Part shown: positions 44,136-52,747 of the stretch, in pieces
Layout: the number at the start of each line of letters is the position of its first letter
Numbering within the stretch: position 1 is the first letter of the stretch
IMG/VR virus record: IMGVR_UViG_3300025470_000020
Source: an uncultured virus (IMG/VR IMGVR_UViG_3300025470_000020)
Taxonomy: Duplodnaviria > Heunggongvirae > Uroviricota > Caudoviricetes
DNA: 64,000 nucleotides
Reading direction: 5' to 3' (one strand)
Position numbers and translations under genes: made by a program
The notes under the pieces: generated by a model
Told to the model about the DNA's origin: nothing
Databases searched by the model: none
The model's input: the letters and a program-made list of their open reading frames with translations, nothing else

Positions 44136-45133
44136 TTTACAAACTCCATTTTTGCTCGTAGGTTTTGGAAAGTATTGTCTTTAATAATATCTAGCAATTC
44201 ATCTTGTGTAAATCCAGATTTGATAATATCATTAACATCTTTTTCTGTTATATATTTTGGCCAAATAACGACATTGAAATGCTCGTCAATTGATTTCTCC
44301 ATCTTCTTTACAATTTCTTTATTTCTTGGTTCATTATCATATATCAATACGACTTTACTCTTGTCAAATGTGTCCAAAATTGATTCCAGATTAGAATCCG
44401 CAGTTGCTACACAGTTGTCTATAAACAATGAATCAATTGGACCTTCTACAACATAGATTGGTAGTAAATCATTAATTACTCTATCAAGACCATACACCTT
44501 TTTATTATTATCTTGAAGTTTACAAGTAATATATCTTAATTTAGATTCACCTAATGCTCTTCCTTGGAAAGCAATTAGATTTTTATCTTTATCATAAAAT
44601 GGAATGACCAATCGTTTATCATTATCAATTAAATCTTTTTCTAAACCCAAATCTTTTACAAATGATTTAAAGTCTTCCGCATAATATAGTTGTGTGTGAA
44701 AGTGTTTTGGTATTTGTCTGCCAATAACATATTTTTTGGCAAAATGTTCATCTGGTAATGAATCGATGGATGGTAAATTGATTGATTTTTTAAATGTTGG
44801 TGTTGCCGTTTTGAATTCTTCAAATTGTGGTTTTGGATAATTGTTGTTGCCTGTTTCTCCATTTTTATATCTTTCCATTGTGTATTCAGCAACAAGAGAT
44901 GGATCAACTTGCTTTAGAAAATTGTAGAATGTGGTACTAACACCACAATTATGGCACATATAGAAATAATCATTCTTCTTTCTAAACACATAGCCACGAG
45001 ATTTAGTTTTGTTTTTTGTAGAATCGCCACATAGAGGACATCTGAAATTATAAAGGTCGTCCTTCTTTTTGGTAAACCTTATTAATTTTGGCGATGCACG
45101 AAGCAGGAATTGTCTGTCAATAAAAATACTCAT
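44120..45133 (-). CDS. 61: DNA primase gp61
   Basis: CPLCGDS...CHNCG zinc finger; FQGRAL; VEGPIDSLF; DNEPRN; KDVND. Confidence 0.96.
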   Translation of the reverse strand: MSIFIDRQFLLRASPKLIRFTKKKDDLYNFRCPLCGDSTKNKTKSRGYVFRKKNDYFYMCHNCGVSTTFYNFLKQVDPSLVAEYTMERYKNGETGNNNYPKPQFEEFKTATPTFKKSINLPSIDSLPDEHFAKKYVIGRQIPKHFHTQLYYAEDFKSFVKDLGLEKDLIDNDKRLVIPFYDKDKNLIAFQGRALGESKLRYITCKLQDNNKKVYGLDRVINDLLPIYVVEGPIDSLFIDNCVATADSNLESILDTFDKSKVVLIYDNEPRNKEIVKKMEKSIDEHFNVVIWPKYITEKDVNDIIKSGFTQDELLDIIKDNTFQNLRAKMEFVNWKKN

Positions 45134-45142
45134 AATGTAAGG

Positions 45143-45171
45143 ATAATACTATAAAACTACTTGGATGTCAA
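45143..45171 (-). promoter_or_regulatory. sigma70-type promoter TTGACA-N17-TATTAT
   Basis: The -10 ends 9 nt before the primase ATG; no SD sequence. Confidence 0.5.
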
Positions 45172-45172
45172 G

Positions 45173-45592
45173 TTATTTTGAAATTTGTGATAGAATTTCT
45201 AATCCGTGAGATAATAACCATGATACTACAATGATACCACCAACAATCATCCATTTCCATTGTAGAAGTTTGTCTAATTGTTCTTTTTCTTTAGATTGAT
45301 GGTCTTGAATACATTTACGAAGCCCTTTAATTTCTTCCATGATTCTTAATTCTGTATTTTGTACCTTATCAAGAACAGTATCAATTCTATCATGAATTTC
45401 TTTTACATCGGCTTCTGTTTCTAATCTTCTATGTTCCATGTCGGTATAAACCTTTGCGATATGTCTGTCGTGTTGTTCGTTTAATCTCGAAATCACGGTA
45501 TCCATCTTGGAACAAAGTTGAGTAAGTGTGCTTACTTGTTCTTTCAGCACACCTACATCTATTTTAGTACCAAGTAAATCGTTGTTATCCAT
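45173..45592 (-). CDS. coiled-coil protein with C-terminal TM (lysis-cassette associated)
   Basis: LLQWKWMIVGG C-terminal anchor. Confidence 0.6.
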   Translation of the reverse strand: MDNNDLLGTKIDVGVLKEQVSTLTQLCSKMDTVISRLNEQHDRHIAKVYTDMEHRRLETEADVKEIHDRIDTVLDKVQNTELRIMEEIKGLRKCIQDHQSKEKEQLDKLLQWKWMIVGGIIVVSWLLSHGLEILSQISK

Positions 45593-45870
45593 TATTTTTC
45601 TGGATCAGGTTCTGCATCTGGTACTGCATCAGGTTCTGGTGCTTCTGGTTCAGTATCTTTTTTCGCCCATACAGCTGCACCATGAGCACCAGCTAACATA
45701 CCGATTGCTTGTGCAAAATCTTTTAGACCAAATAGATTTGATGTGTAAGCGTTATAACCTGCACCAACAATAACAACCAATGTTGTTAATAACCAAGACC
45801 AACGAGCAATATCGTGTGTCTTATTGTCTTTACCTGTAACCAAATGTGTAATAAAATCTGGCATTGCCAT
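45592..45870 (-). CDS. putative holin (2 TM)
   Basis: Two hydrophobic helices; next to the endolysin. Confidence 0.55.
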   Translation of the reverse strand: MAMPDFITHLVTGKDNKTHDIARWSWLLTTLVVIVGAGYNAYTSNLFGLKDFAQAIGMLAGAHGAAVWAKKDTEPEAPEPDAVPDAEPDPEK

Positions 45871-45871
45871 A

Positions 45872-46480
45872 TTAACCTCCTAATATATTCAAAGCATGTT
45901 GATAGTTTGTTCGTCTTTCTTCTAATCCTAAAGTACCACCATTGATAACTTTTGATATTTTATCAATGTCACCGGTATCAGCTAAAGCATTTAAATTGTG
46001 TGTCTTCCAAAACCAGCAAGCCGATTCTGTAGCACCATCAAATGTCAATAAGTATTCTGGTAATTCTTCAATATCTTTACCTATTGATTCAGCAAATTTT
46101 TCATAATTAACTTTGCCTGTAATTTGAATTAAACCTTTACCTGCAAATTTCCAACCATCACCACTAGATTCGTCACCATTACCCATACGACCAGCGTAAG
46201 CACGATTAGCAATCTTTTCTTGATTGTGTTCGTATTGTTTAGCAATATCTAATGTAGCAAAATGTGAAGGCCACACTTTAACTAATGATTCTGCTTTGTA
46301 ATTTAAATTCTCTTTAATTCTTGTAAAATTAGCAGATTCAACTGAACATTCACCAATAAAGGCTGCAATTCTTTTATTTGTATTAATTCCGTATTGTGGT
46401 AAAAATTTGTTGAGTGATTCAAACCATCCATCAACTGAAGTATTTCCCACTAGTATTTTTTTTAATTGCTCAAGTGTCAT
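45872..46480 (-). CDS. GH19 endolysin
   Basis: RIAAFIG...ES..F....ENLNY...IANRAY..RMGNG...DGWKF.G.GLIQITG..NY...INGG..GL.ER. Confidence 0.92.
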   Translation of the reverse strand: MTLEQLKKILVGNTSVDGWFESLNKFLPQYGINTNKRIAAFIGECSVESANFTRIKENLNYKAESLVKVWPSHFATLDIAKQYEHNQEKIANRAYAGRMGNGDESSGDGWKFAGKGLIQITGKVNYEKFAESIGKDIEELPEYLLTFDGATESACWFWKTHNLNALADTGDIDKISKVINGGTLGLEERRTNYQHALNILGG

Positions 46481-47061
46481 TAGTGTAATTTCCTTTGTTC
46501 ATCTACCCAATATTGTAAAGCTTTTAATTGTTCTGCTATTTGATTATATAAACTATAATTTTCTACTACTGTTTGTTCTGCTGTAGAGAGTGCAACTCCG
46601 GAGGAGGTACCATCAATTCTTTTGGAGGTGTCGGGAACGGTGCCTTTAGCAGCGCTGTCGTGCAACTCGACAAAAGACTTAGGCAAATCACACATAGTAT
46701 CGTCTTTGGTATTAATAGTTTTTTTAAGTGCTTCATTTTTAGCTCTCACATCATTAAGTTGTCTAGTAAAATCTTGTTGTACCTTATTAGTTACATCTTT
46801 TTGTTCAGCTACAGTTTTCTTCAATTCTTCTTCAGCATGAACAATTGCATCTTGGCGTCCTTTTATATAGATACCGTGAGCAAGAATCACAATAGTGATT
46901 ATTCTTAAAGGCAACCTATAACCGTAAGGAATAAGTTGCAACATTTCAAAAGTCATTTCTAGAATAGCTAGAAAGACACCAAAACAAATAATTGCTATAG
47001 GAACCCAAGTAGGTATGTAACCTAATATCCAATTATATGATAGAAACTCAGGAAAGAACAT
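46480..47061 (-). CDS. putative spanin-like (Rz-type) membrane protein
   Basis: N-terminal TMs, coiled coil, C..P..FV.LHD.AA; adjacent to the endolysin. Confidence 0.55.
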   Translation of the reverse strand: MFFPEFLSYNWILGYIPTWVPIAIICFGVFLAILEMTFEMLQLIPYGYRLPLRIITIVILAHGIYIKGRQDAIVHAEEELKKTVAEQKDVTNKVQQDFTRQLNDVRAKNEALKKTINTKDDTMCDLPKSFVELHDSAAKGTVPDTSKRIDGTSSGVALSTAEQTVVENYSLYNQIAEQLKALQYWVDEQRKLH

Positions 47062-47063
47062 AA

Positions 47064-47255
47064 TTATTTCCTTCTACCAATACCCATCATAACTGGATTA
47101 TGTGTATTTCTTTTCCTTTTTCTTAAATCAACGCCAGGTTCTCCGCCTTTACCGCCTGTACCTGCAATTGCACCACCGCCAACTACATTAGTTGGACCAG
47201 CACTACCTACAGCACCTGCACCCATTTCTTTGATATATTCTTTAAATGATTTCAT
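47064..47255 (-). CDS. small putative internal head protein
   Basis: N-terminal MKSFKEYIKE; PTN..G.G.IAG. Confidence 0.65.
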   Translation of the reverse strand: MKSFKEYIKEMGAGAVGSAGPTNVVGGGAIAGTGGKGGEPGVDLRKRKRNTHNPVMMGIGRRK

Positions 47256-47638
47256 AGATTCCTTAATTTTTCAGCAACAGTCATGTCTACAGGTATTTCA
47301 GATGTATTAATTGATTTGCCATTAATACCTTCTATTAAGTCTGGTAATATATTTACATACAATAAAAATGTTTTCAATATATCATAATCTCGTTCATCTA
47401 TCTTGTAGAATAATATTCTTGCGGTCACTTTTGGACCAAAAACATTATTCAACAAAATAATATGATTTAGAATTAATCGTTCTTTAAGAGATTTATTGGT
47501 TTTATATCTACGAAATAATCGTTTAAGATATTTTGTTCTCTTAATATCTCCTTCAAATTCTGACATAATGTAATTAGGTGCATTATAGCACTTCATAGCA
47601 TATATCAAAAAGTTTTCTTCTGTCAAATTATCAATCAT
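47252..47638 (-). CDS. conserved hypothetical protein of T4-like phages
   Basis: LTEENFL.YAMK.Y...EF..D.KR.KY.KRL...LKERLILNHII.L.NVFG. Confidence 0.8.
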   Translation of the reverse strand: MIDNLTEENFLIYAMKCYNAPNYIMSEFEGDIKRTKYLKRLFRRYKTNKSLKERLILNHIILLNNVFGPKVTARILFYKIDERDYDILKTFLLYVNILPDLIEGINGKSINTSEIPVDMTVAEKLRNL

Positions 47639-47650
47639 AATATAATTTAA

Positions 47651-48133
47651 CTATTTTCTATAATCTAATTCGCTTTTAGGTCCTAAAACGTCAATGTCAT
47701 CATCATCTTCGTCATCAGCTTCAAGCATATTTTCTAATTCATCACCGTTTACAATAACAGCATAAGCTTCATATAAACCAGATTCAACAACTTCATAACT
47801 ATAATACAAATAATATTCTTCTTCATAAGGCAATTGTGGTGCAGATTCCTTACCCGAAAGGTCTGCACCAAATTGTGTTATAGCAACAACTTCTTCGCCT
47901 TCTATATCATTTTTAAATATTACCTTAGGTAATGTAATGTTATAGAGTGTTAATACTTTTCCAACTTTTAACCAGCCAGCATAAGGATTAATAAAATTAG
48001 TAACTAATTCAGATGATAGGTTTCTATTGATTTCGTTGCGAGTAGATTCCTTATCAAGGTCTACTTTCTCTTTATCAAGAGTTATTACAGGAAAATTTAA
48101 TTCCTCAACAACGAAATCATGAAACTTAATCAT
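47651..48133 (-). CDS. hypothetical acidic protein
   Basis: ORF track; MIKFHDFVVEE N-terminus. Confidence 0.7.
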   Translation of the reverse strand: MIKFHDFVVEELNFPVITLDKEKVDLDKESTRNEINRNLSSELVTNFINPYAGWLKVGKVLTLYNITLPKVIFKNDIEGEEVVAITQFGADLSGKESAPQLPYEEEYYLYYSYEVVESGLYEAYAVIVNGDELENMLEADDEDDDDIDVLGPKSELDYRK

Positions 48134-48756
48134 TATAAACCAGTTACAATAGAACCAAAGCTTGTGTTACCTGAACTTGTATTTGAAGCAGTAGCATTCG
48201 CTAAAGCAACTAATGTTTCTTTTAAGTAACGAACTGTACCGTCGCTGTTCACTTTCTTTTGAATATGAACCCAACCAGCAGTCATATTACCTACGTTTGC
48301 AATTGCGTTATTACCATTTGCTGTGCGAGATGCTGTAACTAAAATAGTATCTAGGAAATAAGTATTTGCACCTGCTGTTGTTCCATAATTGATAGCATTG
48401 TCAAATTCAACACCAAAACCTACGTTTACTGTATTGAATAAGTTTTGTGTTAATGTAATTGTGTTACCACTAACTGATGCTACTGTTGTATTTGATGCAA
48501 AGAAACCTGGATAACCATTACCTGCTGTGCCGCCAGGTAGTGCAAATCCGTTTGCCATGAAATAAACATATTGACCTGAAGTTACACCAGCATTGGCTAC
48601 ATTGTTTTGTGCGCCATCGTTGTAACTAACTCTAATTACGTTATTTCCTGCTGTATTACCAGATGAAACTATAAATTGTAAAACTTCTCTTGTTTGACGT
48701 AAATAGTCAAACTTTGGTTTTTGATTACCAGTATCGGTATTTCCCCATGTTGGCAT
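48133..48756 (-). CDS. putative virion structural protein
   Basis: MPTWGNTD...AGWV......G.VRY..ETLVAL; GATAAATA late-like promoter at 48795-48802. Confidence 0.7.
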   Translation of the reverse strand: MPTWGNTDTGNQKPKFDYLRQTREVLQFIVSSGNTAGNNVIRVSYNDGAQNNVANAGVTSGQYVYFMANGFALPGGTAGNGYPGFFASNTTVASVSGNTITLTQNLFNTVNVGFGVEFDNAINYGTTAGANTYFLDTILVTASRTANGNNAIANVGNMTAGWVHIQKKVNSDGTVRYLKETLVALANATASNTSSGNTSFGSIVTGL

Positions 48757-48806
48757 TTCTTTTCTCCTTTTAACCTCGGGTTAGTTATGTTAAGTATTTA
48801 TCTAAT

Positions 48807-50006
48807 CTAGCCTCTTGGTGCTTCTTTAGGCTTGTCTTTCTTGTCATCTTTTTTGTCGTCTTTCTTCTTTGTTGGATCTGGTTGATTAGGACGACTTCTC
48901 ATCAATGGATCAAGTTCTACTGTATCTCTTTTCTCACCTGTTAGTGTAGTACCGCCAGATAATGTGCCTGCAGCTTCAGATTTCTTTTCACCATTATTAT
49001 TTTCTGCATTCTTATCTTCTTGCTTTTCAAATTTAGGTTTTTTACCATAAGATGCTACAGATTTATCTTCTTTTTCCCAATCATGCATATCTTCTTTCAT
49101 AGCTCTTTTTTTAACTACACCTAAAATTAATTGAGCTTTTCTAGATAATTTTTTTGTAACAGATTCTGCGCCACCGTTTGCTCCATCTGCTGGTGAAATT
49201 GTTGCTGATTTTGTATCACCTATTAAGTCTTCTTGTATTTCAAACTGTTCTCTGTGTGGAAAACTAGAATCTTCTGGTTCTTTTGTTACATCTAAAGTAT
49301 CAGCATCTTCACCTTTAGCATGAGATAATCTAATTTTATATGATAATACAGCATTAGCTTTACCGCCTTTAACTCTACCAGCTAAAGTGTCTGTAGTCAA
49401 TTCTTCAGCATCAATGCTAGTGCGATTTTCATCTGCGTCTTTATTTAATTTTGAAGCCATTACTGAAGCTGCTATTTCTGTAGTGTATTCAACTTCTTCT
49501 TTAGAAATTCTAATCTTATAACTCTTAAACTCGTTTGGTTTACCACCTTTGACACGACCACGAAGCATATCTGTGGTCTTTTCATCAGGATGAGCTGCTT
49601 CACTTGTTGGTTTTTTCATAGTAACAACCTTTGATGAATTTGTATGAACAGGTTTAATTTCGTGATGTTTACTAACCTTTTCTAAATCTTTTTCTCTTTG
49701 TGCTGTAGGTGAATGAACATCTTTAGAACGAGCATCACCAGCATATCGGCTAGTTGTCATATCTTCCATTTGAGTGCCTGATTGATGGTCTCTTAACCAT
49801 TTCTTAAATTCATTAGATTTAGCATAAGCATCTTTTGTATCAACGGCAGCAAATTTAGGATTAATTCCTCTAGATGATAAGAATTTATCTAGCATAGCTG
49901 TTTCATTGATATTAGATTTTACTGACCAAGGATCAGATGGATTTTTTCCAAATCTGCTTGCTGGTGCAATATTCTTTTTAATTACATCTTTTAGTGTTTT
50001 AGCCAT
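48807..50006 (-). CDS. charged putative internal head protein with internal repeat
   Basis: TTD.L.GRVKGGK.N...SYKIR.S occurs twice; GTTLTG C-terminal motif. Confidence 0.65.
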   Translation of the reverse strand: MAKTLKDVIKKNIAPASRFGKNPSDPWSVKSNINETAMLDKFLSSRGINPKFAAVDTKDAYAKSNEFKKWLRDHQSGTQMEDMTTSRYAGDARSKDVHSPTAQREKDLEKVSKHHEIKPVHTNSSKVVTMKKPTSEAAHPDEKTTDMLRGRVKGGKPNEFKSYKIRISKEEVEYTTEIAASVMASKLNKDADENRTSIDAEELTTDTLAGRVKGGKANAVLSYKIRLSHAKGEDADTLDVTKEPEDSSFPHREQFEIQEDLIGDTKSATISPADGANGGAESVTKKLSRKAQLILGVVKKRAMKEDMHDWEKEDKSVASYGKKPKFEKQEDKNAENNNGEKKSEAAGTLSGGTTLTGEKRDTVELDPLMRSRPNQPDPTKKKDDKKDDKKDKPKEAPRG

Positions 50007-50016
50007 GTTGTTCTCT

Positions 50017-52038
50017 TTAGTTAGAAATTTTACCCATCATTGTTTCTTGTTTTACTTTTTTTAGTGCTTGTTTAGCAATATCTTTAACTCTAGACATTGG
50101 TGTATGTTTAGCACCAGACTTATCTGTTACAGTACCAGGTGATTTTTTCCATGGTGATTCTTTTTGCCATGAACCTTCTGCTTCTTCTTTAGCAACTTGT
50201 GATGCTGTTTTATGACCAGCAATAACTGCTAAATCTTTACCTGAAATGCCATGTTCTTTGCCTACTGCATTGTAGTCTGCTGAAGTAAATTCTTTATGAC
50301 TTTTGTATCCTTTTTTATCAGCATGGTTCATCATTGAAGTGTAGATATCTTTCATTTTGCCTTCATTGATTTCAACTTCAGTTTCTTCTTTAGCAACTTG
50401 TGATGCTGTTTTATGACCAGCAATTACTGCTAAATCTTTACCTGAAATACCATGTTCTTTACCTACAGCAGTATAATCAGCTGGTGTAAATTCTTTATGG
50501 CTCTTATAACCTTTTTTATCAGCATGCATCATCATTGAAGTGTAGATATCTTTCATCTTGCCTTCATCAATATATTCTACATCTTCTTTAGCTAACTTAT
50601 CAATAGCTAAATCATGGCCTTTTTCTCTTTTCCATGCACCACTTTGGTACTTTTTAGAAAGACTAGACCATGTTTCTTTTTTTCTTGGACTTCTAGCTGT
50701 ATTAGATTTAGCAAGAAAATCTCTAGCTACTGTTTGTTTAATACGAGCATCATGAGAGGCTTTCTTAGCATATGATGCTAAAGTTTTTGGATCCAACTCA
50801 TCAAGTTGTTCTACTTCTTCTTGCATTCTACCGTCATGAACTTTCATTACTCGTTCAATCTTACGAACTCTTAAACCAGCAAATGGACCTTTACCCATAG
50901 CTTTGTTTGCTGTTTCAATAGCATGACCGTCATGTTCAGCATCGATTAATAATTTAGCCATCCAGTTACCATCATTGTCTTCGTAGTGAGCAACATGAGT
51001 ATAATCACCATCATCTTTACCTTCATCGATTAAATCAAATTCAATATCTTCTTGATAATGGTCACATCCATCATCTACTTGATGTTTGTCGTGATGTTTT
51101 TTAAAATCAGACACTCTCTTTTTATGCTCTCCTTTTTCTTTATGGCGTAAATGTTTTAATTCACCCATAACTTCTTCTTGTGTTACTTGCTCTAATTCTT
51201 TAGATGTGAAATAAGCTTGTGGAGTAGGTTTACCTAATTTGTCATCTGTTTTGATATCTACAGGACCTGGATTAGTAGTAATCTTTTGTCTTTCTTTTGT
51301 TTCACCTTTATTTTCTGTATTAGGTTTAGTAATGTCTGCATCTTCTTTCATCGCTTGCTTAGTAGCAGTAGCATACATTACATTTTTCCAATTTTTACCA
51401 TACTTTGCTTTAAACTGAGCAGTTTTATCTTTCATGCTCATTACAATTTTTTCTCTTTTCTTCATTTGAGCATCAGACATTTCTTCTTCACCAAGATTGT
51501 TATCGGTGAATACGTCAGGAGCACCTGCTAAAGGACCTTTTGCTTCTAACATTGATTTTAATTTCTTAGCAAAAGATAATTCTTCTTTATGCATTGATTT
51601 TTCATGACCCTTAACTTCTTTTCTAGCAATATCTTTAACTTTAGCATAGTCACAATCAACTTTACCATCTTCTGTAACCTTAACTGGATATTTTTTGCCT
51701 TTGAATTCAAAATGTGATTGGCCTGCTTTGTGAGCAGCATGTGCAGCCATGCGTAAGCCAGATTCATCCATTTCAGCTTCATCTAATTTAACTTCTTCAT
51801 CCATTTCATCATCTTTTTGTTTAGCACCACCGTAAGCATGACCAGCAACCTTACGGGTAGCAGATGGAGAATGTCCTTTTTCTGCCTTTTCAGCATCTTG
51901 TTTATCTCGTAATGCGTCTAGTTTCTTTTTACGAGCAATAGCCTCTGGATCAGGTTTAGCTGGTTCAACTTTAGCCTCTCCTAATACTTGGTTAACGGCA
52001 TCAATCATTGATTGGGTTACTTTATCTTTTTGAAACAT
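50017..52038 (-). CDS. large charged putative internal head (poly)protein
   Basis: Modules separated by xxE/EE motifs; tandem duplication; start corrected to 52038 after AAGGAG. Confidence 0.7.
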   Translation of the reverse strand: MFQKDKVTQSMIDAVNQVLGEAKVEPAKPDPEAIARKKKLDALRDKQDAEKAEKGHSPSATRKVAGHAYGGAKQKDDEMDEEVKLDEAEMDESGLRMAAHAAHKAGQSHFEFKGKKYPVKVTEDGKVDCDYAKVKDIARKEVKGHEKSMHKEELSFAKKLKSMLEAKGPLAGAPDVFTDNNLGEEEMSDAQMKKREKIVMSMKDKTAQFKAKYGKNWKNVMYATATKQAMKEDADITKPNTENKGETKERQKITTNPGPVDIKTDDKLGKPTPQAYFTSKELEQVTQEEVMGELKHLRHKEKGEHKKRVSDFKKHHDKHQVDDGCDHYQEDIEFDLIDEGKDDGDYTHVAHYEDNDGNWMAKLLIDAEHDGHAIETANKAMGKGPFAGLRVRKIERVMKVHDGRMQEEVEQLDELDPKTLASYAKKASHDARIKQTVARDFLAKSNTARSPRKKETWSSLSKKYQSGAWKREKGHDLAIDKLAKEDVEYIDEGKMKDIYTSMMMHADKKGYKSHKEFTPADYTAVGKEHGISGKDLAVIAGHKTASQVAKEETEVEINEGKMKDIYTSMMNHADKKGYKSHKEFTSADYNAVGKEHGISGKDLAVIAGHKTASQVAKEEAEGSWQKESPWKKSPGTVTDKSGAKHTPMSRVKDIAKQALKKVKQETMMGKISN
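50182..50567. repeat. two ~185-bp direct repeats (201-bp period)
   Basis: 50182-50366 and 50383-50567 encode EGKMKDIYTSMM.HADKKGYKSHKEFT...SQVAKEE twice. Confidence 0.9.
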
Positions 52039-52051
52039 TTTTATTTCTCCT

Positions 52052-52747
52052 TTATCTGCATTTCCACTTGCGTAATGCGAGTGCTTTTCTTGTTGGTTTA
52101 CCATCTGGTTTTTTCATTGGTCCAGGCATTCCACCCATTCTAGCACAGAATGATTTTCTGCGTTTAGCGGCTTTACTTCCTGGTTTTACTTTGCCTGTAA
52201 CGGCCTTTTTTAATTTAGATCCTGGATTCTCTCTACGATAAGAAGCAATTCCTTTTGCATTTAAACCACCTGTAGGACTTTTACCTTCTTTTCTGCGCCA
52301 AGCGGCAGTTTCGTATAGTTCTTCATCTGAAACATCTTCAAGATTTTCCCAAAGAATATCTGGATCAATATTACTTTCTTCTGCGATGCCATCAACTACT
52401 TCTTCTAAAATATCAAACAATTCTTCAAGTTCTTCTGTTGTAGGCTTAACTTGTAATCTCTTAAATGCGTTATCAACACCTTTTTGTCTTTTTGGTACTA
52501 ATTTACCATACATATCAGGTTGATAGCCAGTCTTTTTTAATTGGTCTGTTGTAACTTTATCCAAATATCTCTTAACTGTTTCTTTGTCTATTTCATTTAC
52601 TTGTTCTACTTCTTCAGGTACACAGTTTGGTACTGTTCTACCATTCTTTTGTTTAGTACCAATTGCTGTATAACCTTTCCAACAAGCCTTTTTTAAGGCA
52701 CCTGTAGGTTTCTTAACTTCGTCAAGATATTGTTTAAATTTTAGCAT
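52052..52747 (-). CDS. putative internal head protein (DUF6321-like C-terminus)
   Basis: MLKFKQYLDE; CWKGY...G.K.K.G..VPNCV; AWRRKEGK...GGLN.KG...RRKSFCARM...KWKC. Confidence 0.75.
   Translation of the reverse strand: MLKFKQYLDEVKKPTGALKKACWKGYTAIGTKQKNGRTVPNCVPEEVEQVNEIDKETVKRYLDKVTTDQLKKTGYQPDMYGKLVPKRQKGVDNAFKRLQVKPTTEELEELFDILEEVVDGIAEESNIDPDILWENLEDVSDEELYETAAWRRKEGKSPTGGLNAKGIASYRRENPGSKLKKAVTGKVKPGSKAAKRRKSFCARMGGMPGPMKKPDGKPTRKALALRKWKCR

Noticed and set aside
46573..46908. Plus-strand ORFs as an embedded o-spanin (Rz1)
   Set aside because: They are on the wrong strand and have no lipobox; they are antisense shadows of the spanin-like gene.
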